Positions 1 to 6,015 of a stretch of DNA of 12,231 nt are shown piece after piece. The notes below the pieces were generated by a model. The model had not been told where the DNA came from. It searched no databases and saw only the letters and a program-made list of their open reading frames with translations. This DNA comes from Candidatus Eiseniibacteriota bacterium. GTDB lineage: Bacteria > Eisenbacteria > RBG-16-71-46 > SZUA-252. The position numbers and the translations under genes are program-made. The stretch is taken from NCBI GenBank assembly GCA_031370645.1, contig JANMQV010000173.1, positions 1 through 12,231 on the forward strand, in the 5' to 3' direction. Within the stretch, counting starts at the first letter, position 1. Each line of letters opens with the position of its first letter.

Positions 1-2361
1 GGCGGCTACACCACCAACGACTACACCTGCTACGGATTCACGGCGCCGACGTCGAACTTGGACGAGGCGCTCTGGCGATCGGTCGACGCGTGGCTCGGCC
101 TGAAACTCACACAGGCGAAAGTCGATCGCGAGCGGCAAGTCGTCATGGAGGAGTACAACCAGGGCGAGGACCGGCCCGACTACAAGGTCTACTATCAGAT
201 CGAGCGGCTGATGTTCCGCGACCATCCCTACAAGCGGGACACGATCGGGCTCAAGGACGCGATCATGAACTCCTCGCTCGCGACCTTCCGCACGTTCTAC
301 GCGGAACGCTACGTTCCCAATCAGATGATTCTCGCCGTCGTCGGAGATTTCGAGCCGAAGGCGATGCGCTCGAAGATCGAAAAAGCGTTCGCTGCCGCGA
401 AGCGCGGCAAGGACGACTTCGAACTCGGTGACGTGGAGAAGCCGCAGACCGAGTTCCGCATGGGCGTCGAGACGCTGAAGACGCCGAATACCCAGACCAT
501 CCTCGGATTCCACGTGCCTCCGCACGCGAATCCCGATACGCCCGCGCTCACGGTTCTCGAAGCAGTGCTCGGCGGCGGCACGTCGTCGCGGCTCTACCGC
601 GCGCTCAAGGAGAAGGAGAACCTCGCCATCGAGACGAGCGCTGACCAGGAAGTTCGGCGCGACCCCGGCATGTTCTGCATCTACGCCACCATGCAGTCCG
701 CGAACGAGACGAAGGTCTTCGGCGTAGTCCGGGACGAGTTGAAACGCATGGCGAACGAGCTGGTTCCGGCGGCTGAACTCGACCGCGTGAAGAGTCAATT
801 GGTGAACGCCTACGTCTTCGACGCGCAGACGCCCTTCTCGCGCGCGGAGCGGCTCTGTTTGAATGAATTGATGTCCGATGCCACGATGGATGCGCTCTGG
901 CCGAAACTCTTGCAAAGCGTGACGGCGGAAGACTTGCGACGGGTCATCCGGACCTATTTCACTGCGGACCTCGCTTCCTACTCCGTCATTCGTCCGGAAG
1001 GGACGAGCGGTCCCCCGGAAGCGGAGATCCGCGGCATGCTCGACGCGTGGCGCACCGGCTGGCCAAGCGGAGCGGCGGTGGCGCAGTCGTCGGGCGGCGC
1101 GGTGCGGAAGGAAGTTCTCGCAAACGGCGTGACGCTGCTATTGAAGGAAGACCACGCCATTCCGATCGTCGCGGTGGAGACCGTCGCGCGCGGCGGGCTC
1201 TGGATCGAGCCCGCGGGCAAGGGCGGCGTCTCGAACATGGCGATGACGCTCCTGCGGCGCGGAGCGGGAGCCCGAACGGCGCGCGAGATTTCCGACCACG
1301 CCACGTTGCTCGGCATGCGGCTCGCGAGCGGTGGCGAGGAAGAGTGGGGAAGCGTGGCGTGGCAAGCTCCGTCGGCGAACTTCGCCGCCGCCTGGTCGCT
1401 CTATCGAGACGTGCTCCTCGCTCCGACGTTTCCGGCGGTCGAAGTAAAGAAGGTGCGCGAGGATCTGATCCAGCAGGCGAAGAGCCTCGGCGACCGTCCG
1501 TTCGAGTACACGAACGCGAAATTCTACCGCGTGCTCTATCCCAAGTCGCCCTACGGGCGTCAGGTCAACGGCGACACCACCTCGCTGGCCGCCATCACCG
1601 TGGCGGATCTTCGCCAGGCCTATAACACGATGGTCTGCGGTTCAAACCTCGTCGTGTCGGTGGTCGGCGATTTCGATACGAACGCGCTCCTCGCCACCGC
1701 GACGAAGACCTTCGGCACGTTGAAGAAGGGGATGCCGGTCGAGGTGGGTGGCGCGAAGGACGCGCCGGCCACCACGGCGCAGCCGATCTTCGAACCGAAG
1801 GAGCAGGAGCAGATCACCTACAACACGGGATGGCTCGGCTGCTCGGTTCGCGATCCGGACTATCCGGCGCTTCGCGTGGCGACCGCCATCATCGGCGACA
1901 AGCTCTTCTTCAAGTACGTCTACGAGAAGGGCGTGGCCTACCGCTCCTGGTTCTACATGGCCGATCGGATAGGCCAGTCGTCCGTGCAGAATGAAATGGG
2001 AGTGACGCCCTCCAACTTCGCCATGGCCTCATCCGGAGTATTGGGCGACGTCGAGACATACCAGAAGACGCCGCCGACCGCGACCGAAGTGAAGAACTCG
2101 GTCGACAAGTCGATCACGCGTCAACTTCTCGGAAGCCAGCAAAACCGGCAACTCGCGGCGCGTCTCGCCTACTGGGAAATGACGGGGCTGGGGTGGGAGT
2201 ACGGAGAGAAGATGCCGGAGAAGCTCCGCGCGGTCACGACGGAGCAGGTGCGGGACGTGATGAAGAAGTATTTCCGCCTCGGCGCCTACACGCGCGTGGC
2301 GGTGGGGCGCGATCCTTCGAAGGTGGAGTCGAAGCCGGCGGCGACGAAGCCGTCGCCGTAG
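1..2361 (+). CDS. M16 family (pitrilysin/insulinase-like) zinc peptidase, two fused units; 5'-truncated by the window edge
   Basis: Frame 1 is open from base 1 (GGYTTNDYTCYGF, matching the M16 NAxTxxDxTxY region), so the TTG at 58 is not the real start. Also VDRERQVVMEE, HPYKRDTIG, FYAERYVPNQMILAVVGD and LGGGTSSRLY. A second unit begins at VLANGVTLLL and lacks HxxEH (GVSNMAMTLL). The HxxEH motif would lie upstream of the window. Confidence 0.93.
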   Translation, partial: GGYTTNDYTCYGFTAPTSNLDEALWRSVDAWLGLKLTQAKVDRERQVVMEEYNQGEDRPDYKVYYQIERLMFRDHPYKRDTIGLKDAIMNSSLATFRTFYAERYVPNQMILAVVGDFEPKAMRSKIEKAFAAAKRGKDDFELGDVEKPQTEFRMGVETLKTPNTQTILGFHVPPHANPDTPALTVLEAVLGGGTSSRLYRALKEKENLAIETSADQEVRRDPGMFCIYATMQSANETKVFGVVRDELKRMANELVPAAELDRVKSQLVNAYVFDAQTPFSRAERLCLNELMSDATMDALWPKLLQSVTAEDLRRVIRTYFTADLASYSVIRPEGTSGPPEAEIRGMLDAWRTGWPSGAAVAQSSGGAVRKEVLANGVTLLLKEDHAIPIVAVETVARGGLWIEPAGKGGVSNMAMTLLRRGAGARTAREISDHATLLGMRLASGGEEEWGSVAWQAPSANFAAAWSLYRDVLLAPTFPAVEVKKVREDLIQQAKSLGDRPFEYTNAKFYRVLYPKSPYGRQVNGDTTSLAAITVADLRQAYNTMVCGSNLVVSVVGDFDTNALLATATKTFGTLKKGMPVEVGGAKDAPATTAQPIFEPKEQEQITYNTGWLGCSVRDPDYPALRVATAIIGDKLFFKYVYEKGVAYRSWFYMADRIGQSSVQNEMGVTPSNFAMASSGVLGDVETYQKTPPTATEVKNSVDKSITRQLLGSQQNRQLAARLAYWEMTGLGWEYGEKMPEKLRAVTTEQVRDVMKKYFRLGAYTRVAVGRDPSKVESKPAATKPSP

Positions 2362-2405
2362 TTCGAACCGCGATCCGTTTCACGATCGCGATTCCGAGTT
2401 CGAAT
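2361..2405. terminator. Stem-loop between convergent genes (possible bidirectional terminator or stabiliser)
   Basis: CGCGATC 2369-2375 pairs with GATCGCG 2384-2390. The outer GTTCGAAC 2361-2368 pairs with GTTCGAAT 2398-2405. No clear U-tract. Confidence 0.4.
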
Positions 2406-2434
2406 TGCTGAGGTCGTAGCGAGGGCCGAGTCGC

Positions 2435-2761
2435 CTAGCGGCCGGCCCTCGCGGCCGCCAAACCGCAACCGACGCCGACCACGGCGCTCCACGGAACGAC
2501 CTGCGCCCAGCTCTGCGCCGGAATTCCCGCCAGTCCCCCCAGGAGCGCGCCGAGCGCGCCGCCCACGAGTCCACCGCGCCAGAGCGGCGCCTTCGCCTTG
2601 ATCGCGTAGGCCACCAACACGCCGTTGATGATCCCCTGCGAGGCCCGCCCGAGGATCGCGAGGAAGAGCGCCATCCCCGCCGCGCCCTGGCCGGCCGTCA
2701 GGAAGCCCTGAGCCGCCCCGAGAAGGAGTCCCGCCACCACACCCGCCGATACCTTCGTCAT
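2435..2761 (-). CDS. Small Gly/Ala-rich integral membrane protein (~108 aa, about 4 TM helices), unknown function
   Basis: Hydrophobic GxxxG-rich segments. RBS-like GGAAGGGGG (2776-2768) precedes ATG 2767/ATG 2761. TAGGAT (-10-like, minus strand) near 2793-2798 argues against the 2794 start. Confidence 0.7.
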   Translation of the reverse strand: MTKVSAGVVAGLLLGAAQGFLTAGQGAAGMALFLAILGRASQGIINGVLVAYAIKAKAPLWRGGLVGGALGALLGGLAGIPAQSWAQVVPWSAVVGVGCGLAAARAGR

Positions 2762-2836
2762 GCCCATCCCCCTTCCGCGCGCCGCAAGCCGCATCCTAGC
2801 GGCTAGGCGGAGGATAGCCCCACCGCCTTTTCGCCG

Positions 2837-2864
2837 TCCAGAACGCCGAGCAAACCGCCGATAA
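2837..2864 (+). promoter_or_regulatory. Candidate sigma-28 (FliA/SigD)-type promoter for the histidine kinase
   Basis: GCCGATAA at 2857-2864 is the canonical sigma-28 -10. TCCAG at 2837-2841 lies 15 nt upstream as a weak -35. Confidence 0.45.
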
Positions 2865-2907
2865 ACCGTTCGGACTCCTACGATTCCCGTATCTCGAGGA
2901 TTTGCCG

Positions 2908-4620
2908 ATGACGCCCCTTCCCGGGAAGGTGACGACCGCGACGCTTCCAGGCATCGCCGAGGTGCTGATCGAGCATTTCGATCGCTCTCCGGTCGGGCTC
3001 CTCCTCTTCGCGGAAGACCGCACGATCTTGCAAGCGAACCGCGCCGTGGTGGAGCACACCGGACTCGCGCCCGGGCTCCTTCGCGGGGCGCCGCTCCGCC
3101 GCTTCCTCTTCTCCGAATCGCCGGAGGAACTCGAAGGCCGGATCTTTGAGGAAGTGGAGGCGAACGGCTCGTGGCTCGGGCAGCTCGATGTCCGCACGTC
3201 GGTCGCCGACGCGAGTCCCATGATGGTTTCCGTCACCGCGGTCGCGCCCAGCGCGGAAGGCCCGGTGCGCTTCGTCGGCACGATCACCGAACTCGGTCAG
3301 CAGCGCTGGATCGAGGCGGAGTCGAGCCGTCGCGCCGCCGAACTCTCCGCGCTCTCCGCCTTGGCGGTCGCCACCGGGAGCAGCGTCGAACCGGGGACGA
3401 TGCTCCGCGCGGCCGCGCGTCAGATCGTCGAAGGACTCGAGGTCGACGCCTGCTGGATCCACCGCTATGAGTCGGCCGACGGCGGCCGGCTGGCACTGGT
3501 AGGCGAAGCGTCGTATCTCCATCCGACGCTCCGACTCTCCACGCGCATGATTCCGGACGCCATCAATCCCGGCGTCCTTCGCGCCATTGAGACGCGCGAG
3601 CAGGTTGCGACTTCGGAACTGCTCGATCGAAGCATCGCCACCGTCGTCCATGCGCCGCTCCTTGCGGCCGGAGACGTGGTCGGCGTCATCTCGATCCTGA
3701 GCGTCGAAGGCGAGAAGCTCACCACCCGCAATTCCGAATTGATCCGCGCGATCACCTACCAGTTGGGAACCGCGATCCAGAACGTGCGGCTCCTCGAATC
3801 GCTGACGGTCCATCAGGCGGAACTGGAAGAGAAGAACCAGGAACTCGAGCGGGTGGTTGAGGAACTACGCGCGGCGGACCGGCTGAAGAGCGAATTCCTG
3901 GCGAACACGTCGCATGAACTCCGCACGCCGCTCAACTCCATCATCGGATTCCTCAATCTCGTCATCGACGGCGTCTGCGAGACCGAAGAAGAACGGCAGG
4001 AACTCCTCGGCCACGCGCTCAAGAGCGCGAAGCATTTGCTCGGCCTCATTAACGACGTGCTCGATCTCGCGCGCATCGAGGCGGGCCGTTTGCAGGTCGA
4101 TTGCTGCGATGTCGATCTGGCGCCGATTCTCTCGGACGTGAGATCGACGATGGAGGTCCAGGCGCGGCAGAAGTATCTCGACTTCACGATGGAGGAGGTC
4201 GAGGCGGGGATCCGCGTCCTGGGCGACGAGGCGCGCCTTCGCCAGGTGCTGGTGAACGTCATCGGAAACGCGATCAAGTTCACGCCGCAGGGGAGCGTCA
4301 AGGTGACGGTGAGCGCGTCGCCGGGCTCTCCCTTTGTCGACATCGAAGTAATCGACACGGGAATCGGCGTGGCGGCGGAGCGGCGGGACCGTCTCTTCAA
4401 GAAGTTCTCGCAGGCCGACGCCACGACGACGCGGAAATTCGGCGGCACCGGACTCGGGCTCGTGATCGTGAAGCAGTTGATCGAGGCGATGGGCGGGTCG
4501 GTGCGCCTCGATAGCGAAGGGGAAGGGAAGGGGACGACGGTCTCGATCTCGATTCCGCGCGCCGCGTCGCCGCGGCCCTTCGGTCCAGCCGGGGCGTTCG
4601 AACCTCGCCCGTCCGCGTAA
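2908..4620 (+). CDS. Cytoplasmic sensor histidine kinase, PAS-GAF-coiled coil-HisKA-HATPase_c (570 aa)
   Basis: PAS-like N-terminus (FDRSPVGLLL..ILQANRA), GAF (APLLAAGDVVGVISI..AIQN), H-box FLANTSHELRTPL, N-box NVIGNAIKFT, G1 DTGIG, F-box LFKKFSQAD, G2 GGTGLGL. RBS GAGGA 2896-2900 precedes ATG 2908. Confidence 0.95.
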   Translation: MTPLPGKVTTATLPGIAEVLIEHFDRSPVGLLLFAEDRTILQANRAVVEHTGLAPGLLRGAPLRRFLFSESPEELEGRIFEEVEANGSWLGQLDVRTSVADASPMMVSVTAVAPSAEGPVRFVGTITELGQQRWIEAESSRRAAELSALSALAVATGSSVEPGTMLRAAARQIVEGLEVDACWIHRYESADGGRLALVGEASYLHPTLRLSTRMIPDAINPGVLRAIETREQVATSELLDRSIATVVHAPLLAAGDVVGVISILSVEGEKLTTRNSELIRAITYQLGTAIQNVRLLESLTVHQAELEEKNQELERVVEELRAADRLKSEFLANTSHELRTPLNSIIGFLNLVIDGVCETEEERQELLGHALKSAKHLLGLINDVLDLARIEAGRLQVDCCDVDLAPILSDVRSTMEVQARQKYLDFTMEEVEAGIRVLGDEARLRQVLVNVIGNAIKFTPQGSVKVTVSASPGSPFVDIEVIDTGIGVAAERRDRLFKKFSQADATTTRKFGGTGLGLVIVKQLIEAMGGSVRLDSEGEGKGTTVSISIPRAASPRPFGPAGAFEPRPSA

Positions 4621-4623
4621 TTC

Positions 4624-4684
4624 CTACGACCGCCTAACCCGGATAACCACGCAGACGCTACGGCCGCCGAACTCCTACGGCCGC
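4624..4684. repeat. Imperfect 17-nt direct repeat between the convergent kinase and thiN ends
   Basis: CTACGACCGCCTAACCC 4624-4640 vs CTACGGCCGCCGAACTC 4658-4674 (14/17 identical), plus a partial copy CTACGGCCGC 4675-4684 that overlaps the thiN stop. Confidence 0.55.
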
Positions 4685-5307
4685 GTCACCACGCTGATCA
4701 GCAGTTCGCCTTTCGCGATCCGGATCCGCGCCGGGCGTCCGTTCGTGACGTTCGACATCGAATCCTGCCTTCCCAACGCCATCGTCACGCCGGTCAGCGG
4801 GAAGCGGAAATTCTCCGTCGTCACGCCCTCGGCCGGGGCGCCCACCGCGAAGAAGGAGACGGTGGTGCCGAGCGGGAGATCGAGTTCGACGTTCCCGGTC
4901 GCGAGCCAGGTGCGCCCATGATCGTCCCGGAGCACGAGCGTCGTTCGCCGCGCGAATTTGCGAAGAAGCGAAAGATGACCGACAAGATGGTCGAGCCGGC
5001 CCGCGCTCGCGGCGAGGAGCGTGATCTCTTCGTACGGCTCACGCGCGAGGGCGTACTCGATCGCTTTTTCGGTGTCGGTCCGCTCGAGGTCGGCGTCGTG
5101 GATCTGCGGCACGTCGGAGAAGTGCGCGAGCGTCTCGCGCTTCGCGCTGTCGAGGTCGCCGACGATCGCGTCCGGTAGGAGCCCGAGCGAGCGCGCCGTG
5201 TTGGCACCTCCGTCGGCGCAGACGAAGAGAGACGCCCCCTCGAGCGCGGCCTCGATTGTGGCCTGCTCCGGAGGGATTCCGTTCGCGAGGATGACGGCGC
5301 GGGACAT
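4675..5307 (-). CDS. thiN: Thiamine pyrophosphokinase (thiamine diphosphokinase), 210 aa
   Basis: MSRAVILANG start, CADGGAN, PDAIVGDLDS, ERTDTEKAI, GRLDH and C-terminal FRFPL..SMSN are all TPK/ThiN motifs. It lies next to a TPP-riboswitch operon. Start set at ATG 5307 rather than 5412. Confidence 0.93.
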   Translation of the reverse strand: MSRAVILANGIPPEQATIEAALEGASLFVCADGGANTARSLGLLPDAIVGDLDSAKRETLAHFSDVPQIHDADLERTDTEKAIEYALAREPYEEITLLAASAGRLDHLVGHLSLLRKFARRTTLVLRDDHGRTWLATGNVELDLPLGTTVSFFAVGAPAEGVTTENFRFPLTGVTMALGRQDSMSNVTNGRPARIRIAKGELLISVVTRP

Positions 5308-5387
5308 GATGACGGTCGGCTCCGACTGGTGTAGGGTGTGCCGCGGTCGGCAGTAGATGGGTCCAGCGTAGCACCGGCCGAGGAGCC

Positions 5388-5810
5388 ATGGCAAACCGCA
5401 GAGACGCCACAACCGTACTCATCGTAGCGCTACTCGCCCTTCTCGTGGGTGGCGTGGGGCTCTGGCTTGGTTTCCGGCCACCCGCGCCGGTCGAGCATGG
5501 GCCGCCCGTGCCGAAGCAGCCCGACCAGGGCCCCATCATTTACGAGATGACCTCCATCTTCAGCAAACCCGGTCGCGTTCAATTGGGATGGCGCGCGATC
5601 GAAGGGGCCTCGGGTTATCGCGTCGTCGTCATGACCGCGGCCGACGATTCACTCTTCACGAGCGATTCGCTCACGACGAACGCCTGGACGATTCCCCAGC
5701 CGCTTCGCGGTAAGTTGGCCCCACAGACGGGGTATCACTGGCGCTTGACCGTTCTTTTCCCCGATCGGCCCGCCGAGCAATCCGACGTCGCCTCCTTCGC
5801 CACCCAGTGA
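5388..5810 (+). CDS. Hypothetical single-pass membrane protein with a Pro-rich linker and an FN3-like beta-sandwich
   Basis: Strong RBS GAGGAG 5380-5385. N-terminal TM helix, then PPAPVEHGPPVPKQP, and FN3-like patterns VQLGW..IEGASGYRV and LAPQTGYHWRLTV. Confidence 0.8.
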   Translation: MANRRDATTVLIVALLALLVGGVGLWLGFRPPAPVEHGPPVPKQPDQGPIIYEMTSIFSKPGRVQLGWRAIEGASGYRVVVMTAADDSLFTSDSLTTNAWTIPQPLRGKLAPQTGYHWRLTVLFPDRPAEQSDVASFATQ

Positions 5811-5814
5811 CCGC

Positions 5815-5844
5815 TTGACAGTCGCGCCGCCACGGCGCGATCCT
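5815..5844 (+). promoter_or_regulatory. Sigma-70-type promoter of the TPP riboswitch operon
   Basis: Perfect TTGACA 5815-5820 and a weak -10 GATCCT 5839-5844 (18-nt spacer). The implied start site near 5850 falls just before the aptamer P1. Confidence 0.6.
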
Positions 5845-5852
5845 GAAGGCTC

Positions 5853-5939
5853 ACCGTTAGGGGTGGCCGGGGAAGAAATCCCGGCCTGAGATCACACCCT
5901 AAGAACCTGAACTGGGTCATTCCAGCGTAGGGAAACGGA
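5853..5939 (+). ncRNA. TPP (thiamine pyrophosphate, THI-box) riboswitch aptamer
   Basis: P1 CCGTT 5854-5858/AACGG 5934-5938; P2 AGGGGTG/CACCCT; P3 GGCCGGG 5865-5871/CCCGGCC 5880-5886; conserved TGAGA 5887-5891, GAACCTGA, P5 CTGG/CCAG and GCGTAGGGA. Located upstream of transporter genes and near thiN. Confidence 0.97.
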
Positions 5940-6015
5940 ACTGACGTCGACTCGCCGTCCGTGCCGCGACCTCTGCTGGTGGCGGCCGATTTGTTTTCGG
6001 CGGAAAGGCGTCACC
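5940..6015 (+). promoter_or_regulatory. Riboswitch expression platform (RBS-sequestering stem and terminator-like hairpin)
   Basis: TGACGTC 5942-5948/GGCGTCA 6007-6013 and TCGCCG 5952-5957/CGGCGG 5998-6003 enclose RBS GGAAAGG 6002-6008. Hairpin 5963-5986 is followed by CGATTTGTTTT. Confidence 0.65.

Noticed and set aside
2361-2405. GTTCGAA T-loop-like words suggesting a tRNA or tRNA fragment (att site)
   Set aside because: No cloverleaf, no CCA and no integrase nearby. The two words simply pair with each other.
4624-4684. Mini CRISPR array
   Set aside because: Repeats and spacers are too short and degenerate, and there are no cas genes in the window.
5308-5412. Extended thiN N-terminus from 5412
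   Set aside because: It overlaps the divergent gene start. TPK homology begins at MSRAVILANG (5307).
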